This document shows positions 9,376 through 18,945 of a stretch of 64,000 nucleotides of DNA, in pieces. Position 1 is the first letter of the stretch. Each line of letters begins with the position of its first letter. Location of the stretch: positions 6,218 to 70,217 of IMG/VR virus record IMGVR_UViG_2806311045_000001. One strand, given 5' to 3'. Origin of the DNA: a virus. Taxonomy: Duplodnaviria; Caudoviricetes. The position numbers and the translations under genes were made by a program. Below the pieces are notes generated by a model. The model was not told the origin of the DNA and did no database searches. It saw nothing but the letters and a program-made list of their open reading frames with translations.

Positions 9376-11651
9376 TCGACTTCAACGAGATCCCGCTGGT
9401 GACCGGCCAACTGGACGCCCAGCGCGACGAGATCCGCGCGGCGCTGCTCGCCCGCCTGGAATTCGTGCTGAGCGCGCTGTTCCCGGCCGGCAAGAAGCGG
9501 CGCGGCACGTTCGTGGTCGGCGACATCCTCGGCAGCCCCGGCGACAGCCTGGAAGTGGTGCTCGACGGCGACAAGGCGGGCTTGTGGACGGACCGCGCCA
9601 CCGGCGACGGTGGCGACATCTTCGATCTGATCGCGGCCCAGGCTGGCCTGCGCGTGTCCACGGACTTCAGCGGAGTGCTCGAACGCGCCTTGCAACTGCT
9701 CGGCCAAGCCAGCAAGCAGCCGGTGCGGCGCAAGCGCCGCGAGCCGCCGACGGACGACCTCGGCCCTGAGACGGCCAAGTGGGACTACCTGGACGCCGCA
9801 GGCAAGCTGATCGGGGTGGTCTATCGCTACGACCCGCCCGGCCGGGGCAAGGAGTTCCGGCCGTGGGATGCCAAGCGCCGCAAGATGGCCCCGCCCGAGC
9901 CGCGCCCGCTGTACAACCAGCCGGGACTGGCGAGCGCCACCCAGGTCGTGTTGGTCGAAGGCGAGAAATGCGCCCAGGCCCTGATCGACGCCGGCATCGT
10001 TGCAACCACGGCGATGCACGGGGCGAACGCGCCGGTCGAGAAGACCGACTGGTCGCCGCTGGCCGACAAGACCGTGCTGATCTGGCCCGACCGGGACAAG
10101 CCGGGCTGGGAGTACGCCGCCAACGCGGCTCAGGCCATTCTGTCGGCGGGCGCGACGACTTGCCACATCCTGTACCCGCCCGAGGAAGCGGGCGACGGAT
10201 GGGATGCGGCGGACGCCGTGGCCGAGGGCTTCGACATTGCCGCCTTCATCGCCCATGGCCCGCGCCTGCAGATGCACGATGTCGTCGACGATCCGGAGCC
10301 GGTCATCGGCAGCGACGAGTCGGTGTGGGGTACCGAGGACGCGCTGGCACTGGCTTTCACCCGGCGCTACCACCGCGACTGGCGTTACGTCGCCGCGTGG
10401 GGCCGCTGGCTGGTGTGGGACGGCCACCGTTGGCGCACCGAGGACACGCTGGCGGCCACGGACCTGATCCGCAACGTCTGCCGGCACGCCGCCCTGCACG
10501 CCGAGAACCCGAAGCTCGCCGCCAAGCTGGCCACCTCCGGCACCATCGCCGGCGTGGAGCGGCTGGCGCGCGCGGATCGCCGGCATGCGGCCACCACCAG
10601 CGAGTGGGACGCCGACCCGTGGTTGCTCAACACGCCCGGCAGCGTGGTCGACCTCAGAACCGGCCGGCAGCGTCCGCACGACCGAGATGATCGGATGACC
10701 AAGATCACCACGGCCACGCCTGGAGGCGATTGCCCGACCTGGCGGCAGTTCCTCGCCGAAGTCACGGGCGGCGACGCCGAGTTGCAAGCCTACCTGCAGC
10801 GGATGGCGGGCTACGCGCTGACCGGGTCGACACAGGAGCATGCGCTGTTTTTCCTGTACGGCACGGGCGCGAACGGCAAGTCGGTGTTCGTCAACACGCT
10901 GGCCACGATCCTGGGCGACTACGCAGCCAACGCGGCGATGGACACGTTCATGGAAACGCGCACGGACCGGCATCCGACCGACATGGCGGGGCTGCGCGGT
11001 GCACGCTTCGTGGCGGCCATCGAGACCGAGCAGGGGCGGCGCTGGGCGGAATCCAAGGTCAAGAACCTCACGGGTGGCGACAAGATCTCCGCGCGCTTCA
11101 TGCGCCAGGACTTCTTCGAGTTCTTCCCGCAGTTCAAGCTGTTCGTCGCGGGCAACCACAAACCGGCCATCCGCAACATCGATGAGGCGATGAAGCGGCG
11201 ACTGCATCTGATTCCGTTCACGGTGACCGTGCCCCCGGAGCGTCGCGACAAACACCTCCAACAGAAGCTGCTGGCCGAGCGCGACGGGATCCTGGCGTGG
11301 GCTGTTCAGGGCTGCCTCGACTGGCAGCGGCTGGGCCGGCTCGATCCGCCGCAACAGGTGCTGGATGCGACTGAAGAGTACTTCGAGGCAGAAGACGCGC
11401 TGGGTCGCTGGCTGGACGAACGCTGCGTGCGCGAGGCCAACGCCAAGTCGCTGACCGCCGAGTTGTTCAACGACTGGAAGCAGTGGGCCGAGGCCGCTGG
11501 CGAGTTTGCGGGATCGCAAAAGCGGTTTGCCGATTTGCTCCTCACCCGTGGCGTCGAGAAATGGCGCAACACGGCCGGTCTGCGCGGCTTCCGTGGCGTG
11601 GGCCTCAAACACCCGGCCACGCCCGCCTACACCCCATACGCGGACACCTGA
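9372..11651 (+). CDS. P4-family primase/SF3 helicase
   Basis: TOPRIM VEGEK and WPDRD; D5_N-like region; Walker A GTGANGKS. Confidence 0.92.
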   Translation: MIDFNEIPLVTGQLDAQRDEIRAALLARLEFVLSALFPAGKKRRGTFVVGDILGSPGDSLEVVLDGDKAGLWTDRATGDGGDIFDLIAAQAGLRVSTDFSGVLERALQLLGQASKQPVRRKRREPPTDDLGPETAKWDYLDAAGKLIGVVYRYDPPGRGKEFRPWDAKRRKMAPPEPRPLYNQPGLASATQVVLVEGEKCAQALIDAGIVATTAMHGANAPVEKTDWSPLADKTVLIWPDRDKPGWEYAANAAQAILSAGATTCHILYPPEEAGDGWDAADAVAEGFDIAAFIAHGPRLQMHDVVDDPEPVIGSDESVWGTEDALALAFTRRYHRDWRYVAAWGRWLVWDGHRWRTEDTLAATDLIRNVCRHAALHAENPKLAAKLATSGTIAGVERLARADRRHAATTSEWDADPWLLNTPGSVVDLRTGRQRPHDRDDRMTKITTATPGGDCPTWRQFLAEVTGGDAELQAYLQRMAGYALTGSTQEHALFFLYGTGANGKSVFVNTLATILGDYAANAAMDTFMETRTDRHPTDMAGLRGARFVAAIETEQGRRWAESKVKNLTGGDKISARFMRQDFFEFFPQFKLFVAGNHKPAIRNIDEAMKRRLHLIPFTVTVPPERRDKHLQQKLLAERDGILAWAVQGCLDWQRLGRLDPPQQVLDATEEYFEAEDALGRWLDERCVREANAKSLTAELFNDWKQWAEAAGEFAGSQKRFADLLLTRGVEKWRNTAGLRGFRGVGLKHPATPAYTPYADT

Positions 11652-11670
11652 CCGCCACGTCGACACATCC

Positions 11671-11770
11671 GACCGACGGATCGGACGGACTACGTCGTAA
11701 CTCTTACGCGTGCGCGTACGCGCGCACACCTCATGGGGAGTTTCGATGTATCGCGTCAGATCCGTCGGTC
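11671..11770. repeat. Inverted repeat enclosing alternating purine/pyrimidine tract (candidate origin)
   Basis: GACCGACGGATC 11671-11682 / GATCCGTCGGTC 11759-11770 perfect 12 bp (16/17 extended); 25-nt RY alternation 11705-11729. Confidence 0.6.
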
Positions 11771-11793
11771 CGCACGATTCAAGGACTGCAACC

Positions 11794-12258
11794 ATGACTA
11801 CGACCATTCTCGCCCTGGACTTGGGCACCAAGACCGGCTGGGCGCTGCAATACCTGGACGGCAGCATCGCCAGCGGCACGCAGAATTTCAAGCCGCAACG
11901 CTTCGAAGGCGGCGGCATGCGCTTCCTGCGCTTCAAGCGCTGGCTTAACGGCTTGAAGCTCTCCTGCAGCGATATCAACGTGGTGTATTTCGAGGAGGTG
12001 CGCCGACACGCGGGCGTGGACGCCGCGCATATCTACGGCGGTCTGCTCGGACACCTGAGCGCCTGGTGCGAGCACCACAACATTCCGTACATCGGAGTTC
12101 CGGTCGGCACGATCAAGAAGCACGCAACCGGCAAGGGCAACGCCAGCAAAGACGAGATCATCGCGTCCGTCAGCAAGCGCGGCCATAAGCCGACCGACGA
12201 CAACGAAGCCGACGCCCTGGCGATCCTGTACTGGGCGGCCGAGACGCAGGAGGCGTGA
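11794..12258 (+). CDS. RuvC-like Holliday junction resolvase
   Basis: ILALDLGTKTG, VYFEE, DDNEADALAI acidic motifs. Confidence 0.82.
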   Translation: MTTTILALDLGTKTGWALQYLDGSIASGTQNFKPQRFEGGGMRFLRFKRWLNGLKLSCSDINVVYFEEVRRHAGVDAAHIYGGLLGHLSAWCEHHNIPYIGVPVGTIKKHATGKGNASKDEIIASVSKRGHKPTDDNEADALAILYWAAETQEA

Positions 12259-12259
12259 G

Positions 12260-12469
12260 ATGAAGATCCCTACACCGACCTACCGTTCCGCATTGGCCCG
12301 TACACAGCCCGAGGTCACCGACCTCGAAGCGTTCAAACGGCAGGGCTGGCGGGACCAGCGCATCCTCGTCGTTGCCGAATCCGACGAGCGTCTGGACTTC
12401 CTCGAACGCGAGCTGGTGCGCCGCATCGGTGAGCGGCTGTACGGCGAGGGAGGCAGGCACCGTGGCTGA
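12260..12469 (+). CDS. Small hypothetical protein
   Basis: In-operon ORF between RuvC-like gene and next gene. Confidence 0.65.
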   Translation: MKIPTPTYRSALARTQPEVTDLEAFKRQGWRDQRILVVAESDERLDFLERELVRRIGERLYGEGGRHRG

Positions 12470-12845
12470 GTGGACCAAGGAAGACGTGGCGGCCCGTTTC
12501 GAGGATGCCGCCAACACGGGACGGCGCCTGCCGCCCATCCGCGTGCAGGGCTACATCAACACGTGGCCCGCCATCGTGCGGCGCGAGTGGGAAGCCTTCG
12601 CTGCGGACGAGAAGGTCTACCGGCCTTTCCCGCCCAGCCCGCAGGCCATTGACCGCATGCTGGAGACGATGCGCTGGGTGCAGTGGCTGGAGCTTGAGCA
12701 GCGCCATCTCGTGTGGATGCGGGCCAAGGGCTACGGGTGGCGTGAGATCACGCTGCGCTTCGCCTGCGACCGAACGACCGCCTGGCGGCGCTGGCAACGG
12801 GCACTGGAAGTCGTGGCAGGCAGGCTCAACGCACCGACACATTGA
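12462..12845 (+). CDS. DUF6362-like protein, probable late-gene regulator with C-terminal HTH
   Basis: GTG start after GGAGG; RHLVWMRA.GYGWREI...CDRTTAWRRW resembles a sigma region-4-like HTH; last early gene. Confidence 0.68.
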   Translation: MAEWTKEDVAARFEDAANTGRRLPPIRVQGYINTWPAIVRREWEAFAADEKVYRPFPPSPQAIDRMLETMRWVQWLELEQRHLVWMRAKGYGWREITLRFACDRTTAWRRWQRALEVVAGRLNAPTH

Positions 12846-12883
12846 CGGAAAGGGGGGCGGCGCTATACTAACAACTGTTAGTA
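12842..12883 (+). promoter_or_regulatory. Sigma70 promoter and palindromic operator of parDE
   Basis: TTGACG 12842, 16-nt spacer, TATACT 12864; palindrome TACTAACA-ac-TGTTAGTA 12866-12883. Confidence 0.75.
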
Positions 12884-12899
12884 ATAGTTAGGAGGCATC

Positions 12900-13166
12900 A
12901 TGCCTACCAGCGTCGCCCTCGGCAATCATTTCGAGACATTTATCCGCGACCAGGTGCAAAGCGGCCGGTTCAACAATGTGAGCGAGGTCGTGCGTGCCGG
13001 ACTTCGCTTGCTCGAAGAGAGCGAGCAGCGTCGTCAGCTTGAACTGCAGGCGTTGCGCGCCGAGATCGCTGCGGGCAAAGCGAGCGGTCCGGCCAAGCCG
13101 GCCGATGAGGTGTTTTCCCGTCTTGAGGCCAAGTACAGCGCACAAGCTAGGCGCAAGCAGAACTGA
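12900..13166 (+). CDS. parD: ParD-family RHH antitoxin
   Basis: SGRFNNVSEVVRAGLRLLEE. Confidence 0.9.
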   Translation: MPTSVALGNHFETFIRDQVQSGRFNNVSEVVRAGLRLLEESEQRRQLELQALRAEIAAGKASGPAKPADEVFSRLEAKYSAQARRKQN

Positions 13167-13465
13167 TGCGTCTGGCCATTACCCCGCTTGCCGAGCAAGA
13201 CCTTGAGTCCATCGCTGACTACATCGCACAAGACAACCCGGCACGTGCCGTCACATTCGTCCGTGATCTGCGGGAGCAATGCCAGCGCCTCGTGATGAAC
13301 CCGCCCGGCTATCGCTTGCGGCCGGAACTCGGGGACGACATCCGTTCATGCGCCTACGGTCGTTACGTGATTTTCTTTGTCGCCGCCCCGGATGAGGTGA
13401 TCGTCATTCGCATCCTGCATGGCGCACGTGATCTGCCCGCCGTTTTCCATGCCGATGAGCCATAA
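13166..13465 (+). CDS. parE: ParE/RelE toxin
   Basis: AEQDLESIADYIAQDNP...YVIFF...IRILHGARD. Confidence 0.9.
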   Translation: MRLAITPLAEQDLESIADYIAQDNPARAVTFVRDLREQCQRLVMNPPGYRLRPELGDDIRSCAYGRYVIFFVAAPDEVIVIRILHGARDLPAVFHADEP

Positions 13466-13729
13466 GCACCCGAGCGATTCGCTGCGGGCCGCATCCCCTC
13501 CTACGATGACTGTGGACGCGAATTATTTCGATGCGCTGCATGAGCGCGTGGTCAAGCTCACTAACCGCCCAAAGCAGAAAGCAACGTAGGGTAACGCTTC
13601 CCGCAAAAGTCCAGGATTTCCGGCATTTGTCCATTTTGCGATGGCGGAGCGGTGCAACAAATCGGGCGGTTTGGGGGTAGTATTCGATATACCGTCCGGA
13701 TAGCAGCGCAGATTGCAAGGGGTACCCCC

Positions 13730-13833
13730 GAGAAAAGGGGTCCTTCCTTCAGAAAGCGCAATACGGGAGGCACAAGCGCAACACCTGCCCACCGTCAGGG
13801 TGCGAACCAAGGTTCGCACGGTGCGCAGTTCGC
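13730..13833 (+). other. Putative packaging-initiation (cos/pac-like) region with GTTCGCAC repeats
   Basis: Noncoding, between late regulator and late genes; hairpin GTGCGAACC-aa-GGTTCGCAC 13800-13819; assignment is positional inference. Confidence 0.35.
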
Positions 13834-15744
13834 GTGTGCCACGAATGCATCCAGTGGCGTGATTGTTGGTGGGTGCAATGCTGTATCAGAGATGAGGGTC
13901 GGCCCCTCGGAGGCGGTGTCCAGACGCAGCCTCCAAACCACCTTGAGTTGCTGCCGTTAAGAGCGGCGGTGATGAGCGTCAAGGAAAAGGCGGTAGTGCG
14001 AACCGATGGGTGCAAACTCGCTGAGGTTCGCACTGCAAACCGTCAGGTACGTGTGATCAGAAGATGAACGCAAGTGAACTGCCGTTGAAGTGTCGAAAGC
14101 GTTTAGGCGATGTCAAAAGCGCGGTATGCGAACTACGCGCGACAAGTCCAGCGGGAGTCTGGCGACTGGTTGGGCGGCATCCGGCATGTAGGCAGCATGA
14201 TCATCACACAGGCTCTGGTGCGGAACGTGGGAACCTGTCGTCCCGATGCCAAGGGAGCGGCGCGGAGCAGAGGCACTGCGAGCGCCTGAGTACCGATGCG
14301 GGGCACAGGGGCAGATGGCCCCGTAGTAGTGACGAAGCGCCTGTAATGGGCGTGGAGCGAAGGGGGCCAGTTGTTGGGGCTGATTTGTTGATCAACCGAG
14401 CGATCGGGATGAGTCCATGAATCAGCCAAAGCCGTTTGCGGTTTCCAAACGTGCTGTTTGGGAAGCGTACAAGAAGGTCAAAGCCAATCGCGGTGCGGCA
14501 GGCGTCGATGGTCAATCGATCGAGGAGTTTGAACAGGATCTCTCGGGAAACCTGTACAAGCTCTGGAACCGGCTGGCTTCGGGCAGCTACATGCCGCCTG
14601 CGGTACGGTGCGTCGAGATACCGAAAGCCACAGGAGGAACGCGACCGTTGGGTATTCCGACGGTGGCCGACCGAATTGGGCAGATGGTGGTAAAGGACGC
14701 GCTGGAGCCGATCCTGGAGCCATGCTTTCATCACGACTCCTATGGATACCGGCCGAACAAATCCGCGCACGACGCCCTGGCGGTGGCCCGGCAGCGATGC
14801 TGGCGCGCCGCCTGGGTGCTGGACGTAGACATCAAGGGGTTCTTCGACAATATCGATCATGCCCTTCTGATGAAAGCGGTGCGCAAGCACATCGATTGCA
14901 GATGGATCACGCTTTACATCGAGCGGTGGCTGACTGCGCCGGTGCAATTGCCGGATGGAACGTCGCAAGCACGGAACAAGGGAACGCCGCAGGGTGGAGT
15001 TATCAGCCCGTTGTTGGCCAACCTGTTCCTGCACTATGTGTTCGACATGTGGATGGTGCGAAATTTTCCCGCCAACGGTTTCGAACGGTACGCCGATGAT
15101 GTGGTGATCCACAGCACGAGCTTAAAGCAAGTGACCATGCTGCGCGCGCAGCTCACGGAACGCTTGGCGGACTGCAAATTGGAGATGAGTCCAGGCAAGA
15201 CGAAGATCGTCTACTGCAAGGACAAGCGGCGGAAAGGAGGTTACCCGGAAATCAGCTTTGATTTTCTTGGGTATACATTCGGGCCGCGCAAGTCCAGAGC
15301 CAAGGATGGTTCAATCAGCCTAAACTTTCTGCCCGCCATTAGCGGCAAAGCAGCCAAGGCAATCCGTCAGACCGTGCGGGACTGGAGTCTGCACCGACGC
15401 ACACCGATATCCCTTGAGGAAATCGCGCGTCGAATCAATCCGGTCGTACGCGGTTGGGTGGATTACTATGGTCGCTTCTATCGTTCAAAACTGTGTCTGG
15501 TCCTGTCTCACATTGACCTGCATCTAGCCAAGTGGATTGCGCGCAAGCATAAGCGGGTGCGCAAGAGCTTGGTGCGGGCATATGAGTGGTTGCGGCGGAT
15601 ACGGGGAGAGTGTCCGGAATTGTTCGCTCACTGGCGCATGGCCTACCGGAGCTAAATGGCTCAACAACAAGAGCCGTATGAGGGGAGACTCTCACGTACG
15701 GTTCTGTGGGAGCGCAGGGGGGAGGTTCCCCTGCGCCACCCGAT
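13834..15744 (+). mobile_element. Group II intron, RmInt1-like (bacterial class D/IIB)
   Basis: 5' GTGTG at 13834; domain V GAGCCGTATGAGGGGAGACTCTCACGTACGGTTC 15671-15704 (AGC triad); DVI ending ...CCCGAT 15744; EBS1 GCGAACT 14128-14134 complementary to exon AGTTCGC 13827-13833. Confidence 0.92.
14417..15655 (+). CDS. ltrA: Group II intron reverse transcriptase/maturase, no endonuclease domain
   Basis: RPLGIPTVADR, DIKGFFDNI, GTPQGGVISPLLANL, RYADD, FDFLGYTF, maturase X domain; 412 aa. Confidence 0.96.
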   Translation: MNQPKPFAVSKRAVWEAYKKVKANRGAAGVDGQSIEEFEQDLSGNLYKLWNRLASGSYMPPAVRCVEIPKATGGTRPLGIPTVADRIGQMVVKDALEPILEPCFHHDSYGYRPNKSAHDALAVARQRCWRAAWVLDVDIKGFFDNIDHALLMKAVRKHIDCRWITLYIERWLTAPVQLPDGTSQARNKGTPQGGVISPLLANLFLHYVFDMWMVRNFPANGFERYADDVVIHSTSLKQVTMLRAQLTERLADCKLEMSPGKTKIVYCKDKRRKGGYPEISFDFLGYTFGPRKSRAKDGSISLNFLPAISGKAAKAIRQTVRDWSLHRRTPISLEEIARRINPVVRGWVDYYGRFYRSKLCLVLSHIDLHLAKWIARKHKRVRKSLVRAYEWLRRIRGECPELFAHWRMAYRS

Positions 15745-15881
15745 ACCCCCGTCCGGTACGCACTACCCCATTCCACGCCCGCCTACGGCCTGTCCGTCGG
15801 CGGGCGTTTTCATTTGCACGCGGCCTGCGCCGGGATCCGTTCCCGCGCGGGCCGTTTCCTTTTGGGAACCCGAAACTGAAC

Positions 15882-17285
15882 ATGCTCAACGTCGAGTACC
15901 GCGAGGTCGCGGCGCTGATTCCTTACGCCCGCAATCCCCGGACCCACAGCGACGAGCAGGTGGCCAGGATCGCCGCCAGCATCGTGGAGTACGGCTGGAC
16001 CAACCCGGTCCTGGTCGACGGCGAGAACGGCGTGATCGCGGGCCATGGGCGGCTGGCTGCCGCGCGCAAGCTCGGCATGGAAGATGTGCCGGTGATCGAG
16101 CTGGCCCACCTGTCGCCGACGCAGAAGCGCGCGTTGATCCTCGCCGACAACCGTATCGCGCTCGACGCGGGATGGGACGAGGAGCTGCTGGCGCTGGAAT
16201 TCGCCGAACTGGCCGACGCCGGCTACGACCTGGCCCTGACCGGTTTCAATGACGCCGAGATCGATGCGCTGTTGGCCGATCAGCTGGACGACGCGGAGGG
16301 CAACAGCGAGGCGGACGGCGAGGAGCCGGATGCAGCGGATGATGTGCCCGACGCCGCTGCGGTGTCGGTGTCCCGGCCGGGCGACGTCTGGCTCCTGGGC
16401 GAGCACCGTCTGATCTGCGGCGATGCCGCCGACAGCGACGTGATCGCGACCCTGATGGCGGGCCAGCAAGCCGCCCTGTGTTTCACCTCGCCGCCCTACG
16501 CCAACCAGCGCAACTACACCACCGGCGGCATCGCCGACTGGGACGTGCTGATGCGCGGCGTGTTCGACAACGTGCCGATGGCCGGCGGCGGCCAGGTGCT
16601 CGTCAACCTCGGGTTGGTCCACCGCGACAGCGAGGTCGTCCCATACTGGGACGCCTGGATCGCGTGGATGCGCACGCAGGGCTGGCGGCGCTTCGGCTGG
16701 TACGTCTGGGACCAGGGGCCGGGCATGCCGGGTGACTGGATGGGGCGCCTGGCGCCGTCGTTCGAGTTCGTCTTCCACTTCAACCGCGAGGCTCGGCGGC
16801 CGAACAAGACGGTGCCGTGCAAGTTCGCCGGCCGGGATGAACACCTGCGCCCGGACGGCACGTCGACCTCGATGCGGGGCCGGGACGGCGTTCGCGGGAG
16901 TTGGACGCACAAGGGCAAACTTACCCAGGACACCCGGATCCCGGATTCGGTGATCCGCGTGATGCGGCACAAGGGCAAGATCGGCCGCGACATCGACCAC
17001 CCGGCGGTGTTCCCGGTCGCGCTGCCAAAGTTCGTGATCGAGGCGTACTCGGATGCCGGCGACATCGTGTTCGAACCCTTTGGCGGCAGCGGCACCACCA
17101 TGCTTGCTGCCCAGCGGACGGGGCGTCAGTGCCGCAGCGTCGAGATCGCACCCGAATACGTGGACGTAGCGATCAAGCGCTTCCAGCAGAGCTACCCCGA
17201 GGCGCCGGTGACGCTGCAGTCGACCGGCCAGCCTTTCGCGGCCGTTGCCGCCGAACGCTTGGCGGGCGAGGAGGTGGTGCAATGA
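15882..17285 (+). CDS. ParB-N domain + N4/N6 DNA methyltransferase 1
   Basis: PYARNPRTHSDEQV ParB-like N-terminus; FTSPPY; FEPFGGSGTT. Confidence 0.9.
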   Translation: MLNVEYREVAALIPYARNPRTHSDEQVARIAASIVEYGWTNPVLVDGENGVIAGHGRLAAARKLGMEDVPVIELAHLSPTQKRALILADNRIALDAGWDEELLALEFAELADAGYDLALTGFNDAEIDALLADQLDDAEGNSEADGEEPDAADDVPDAAAVSVSRPGDVWLLGEHRLICGDAADSDVIATLMAGQQAALCFTSPPYANQRNYTTGGIADWDVLMRGVFDNVPMAGGGQVLVNLGLVHRDSEVVPYWDAWIAWMRTQGWRRFGWYVWDQGPGMPGDWMGRLAPSFEFVFHFNREARRPNKTVPCKFAGRDEHLRPDGTSTSMRGRDGVRGSWTHKGKLTQDTRIPDSVIRVMRHKGKIGRDIDHPAVFPVALPKFVIEAYSDAGDIVFEPFGGSGTTMLAAQRTGRQCRSVEIAPEYVDVAIKRFQQSYPEAPVTLQSTGQPFAAVAAERLAGEEVVQ

Positions 17286-18502
17286 CGGCCTCCTGGCTCG
17301 CAGACAAGATCGAGCACTGGCCGATCCAGCGGCTCGCCCCCTACGCCGCCAACGCCCGGACGCACTCCGACGAACAGATTGCGCAGATCGCGGCCAGCAT
17401 CGTGGAGTTCGGGTTCACCAATCCGATCCTGGCTGGTGGCGACGGGGTCATCGTTGCGGGGCACGGGCGCCTCGCCGCTGCCATGAAGCTGGGCTTGCAG
17501 CTGGTGCCGGTGGTGGTGCTGGACCACCTGAGCCCCACGCAACGGCGGGCACTGGTGATCGCGGACAACCGCATTGCCGAGAACGCGGGCTGGGACGAAG
17601 TCGTGCTGCGCGCCGAGCTGGCTGCGCTCGACGCGGCGAACTTCGACCTGTCGTTGACGGGCTTCGATGTGGACGCGCTGGCCGAGCTGATGGACGGGGA
17701 GGAGGGCGACGGTCAGGCGGAGGAGGCTGCGCTGCCGGAGGTGCCTGAGGAACCAGTCTCCCGTCCGGGCGACGTCTGGGTGTTGGGCAGGCATCGGCTG
17801 CTGTGCGGGGACGCCACCGTCGTGGAGAGCTACGACAGACTGTTACAGGGTGAACCGGCGGACATGGTCTTCACGGATCCGCCGTACAACGTGAACTATG
17901 CCAACACGGCCAAGGACCGGCAGCGCGGCACGAGCCGGGCCATCCTGAACGACAACCTGGGCGGCGGCTTCTACGATTTTCTGCTGGCAGCGTTGACGCC
18001 GACGATTGCCAACTGCCGAGGTGCCATCTACGTGGCGATGTCCTCCAGTGAGCTGGACGTGCTGCAGGCGGCGTTCCGCGAGGCGGGTGGCCGCTGGTCG
18101 ACGTTCATCATCTGGGCCAAGGACCGTTTCACGATGGGGCATGCGGACTACCAGCGGCAATACGAGCCGATCCTCTACGGATGGGCCGAGGGAGCACAGC
18201 GCCACTGGTGCGGCGACCGCGACCAGGGCGACGTCTGGCAGATCAAGAAGCCCGCGAGGAACGACCTGCATCCAACGATGAAACCGGTGGAACTGGTGGA
18301 GCGGGCGATCCGCAATTCGAGCCGGCCGGGTGACGTGGTGCTCGATGCGTTCGGCGGTTCGGGCACGACGCTGATTGCCGCAGAGAAGGCGGCGCGCACT
18401 GCGCGCCTGATCGAACTGGATCCCAGGTATGCCGACGTGATCGTCAGGCGTTGGGAGGAATACACCGGGGAGCAGGCTATCCGCGAGGCGCTGATCCGGT
18501 AG
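17282..18502 (+). CDS. ParB-N domain + N6 DNA methyltransferase 2
   Basis: PYAANARTHSDEQI; FTDPPY; HPTMKP; LDAFGGSGTT. Confidence 0.92.
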   Translation: MTASWLADKIEHWPIQRLAPYAANARTHSDEQIAQIAASIVEFGFTNPILAGGDGVIVAGHGRLAAAMKLGLQLVPVVVLDHLSPTQRRALVIADNRIAENAGWDEVVLRAELAALDAANFDLSLTGFDVDALAELMDGEEGDGQAEEAALPEVPEEPVSRPGDVWVLGRHRLLCGDATVVESYDRLLQGEPADMVFTDPPYNVNYANTAKDRQRGTSRAILNDNLGGGFYDFLLAALTPTIANCRGAIYVAMSSSELDVLQAAFREAGGRWSTFIIWAKDRFTMGHADYQRQYEPILYGWAEGAQRHWCGDRDQGDVWQIKKPARNDLHPTMKPVELVERAIRNSSRPGDVVLDAFGGSGTTLIAAEKAARTARLIELDPRYADVIVRRWEEYTGEQAIREALIR

Positions 18503-18543
18503 ACGCACGCCACCCGCAGCGCGGGCGGCATCGCGTTAGGGGC

Positions 18544-18909
18544 CTACGCCGAAAGTTCGTCGGCGATTTCGCAGGCGGTCACGAAGGCCGTGAGATGGGG
18601 CAGGTCACGCGGGATGCCGTAGATCTGGCTGAGCCCACCGTTCGATCTGCGTTGCATCCACAGAGCCGCCGTGGAGTCGATGGCATCGGTAAGTGTCTGG
18701 CCACCGTGGAGGGCGTTGCGGACTTCATCCGCAAAGTGGCGTCCGAATGCGCTGTCGAGGAAGAGGCGAACGGCCTCAAGGGTCGAACCGGTGGCCGTCG
18801 CGACGGCCGTCATCGCCAGCGGCCAGGCTTCGGCGGCGCGCTCCTGCAGGGCGCCGTAGAATCCCCAGCCCTCGTTGCGGGTGGCGGGAATCTGGTCAGT
18901 AGTGGTCAT
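18544..18909 (-). CDS. Small phage protein (paralog A)
   Basis: GFYG...AAEAWPLAM..VATATG...VRLFLDSAFGRHF. Confidence 0.75.
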   Translation of the reverse strand: MTTTDQIPATRNEGWGFYGALQERAAEAWPLAMTAVATATGSTLEAVRLFLDSAFGRHFADEVRNALHGGQTLTDAIDSTAALWMQRRSNGGLSQIYGIPRDLPHLTAFVTACEIADELSA

Positions 18910-18945
18910 GGTGTGTTCCTTCTTGAGCGTCGTTGTGATGGCACC

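Noticed and set aside
9276-11978. 900-aa minus-strand ORF (likewise 15810-17282, 25778-27382, 27697-29916, 36803-38644, 42961-44598, 56553-59204, 59307-61178)
   Set aside because: Antisense shadows of well-supported genes; expected in high-GC DNA and without motifs or RBS.
13800-13834. Class C (hairpin-targeting) intron because it lies after a stem-loop
   Set aside because: Domain V is full length (34 nt) with an AGC triad and the protein is RmInt1-like, not IIC.
14417-15655. RT as a diversity-generating retroelement, retron or Abi RT
   Set aside because: Has maturase domain, DV/DVI, GTGTG start and EBS1-IBS1 pairing; no TR/VR pair noticed in tail genes.
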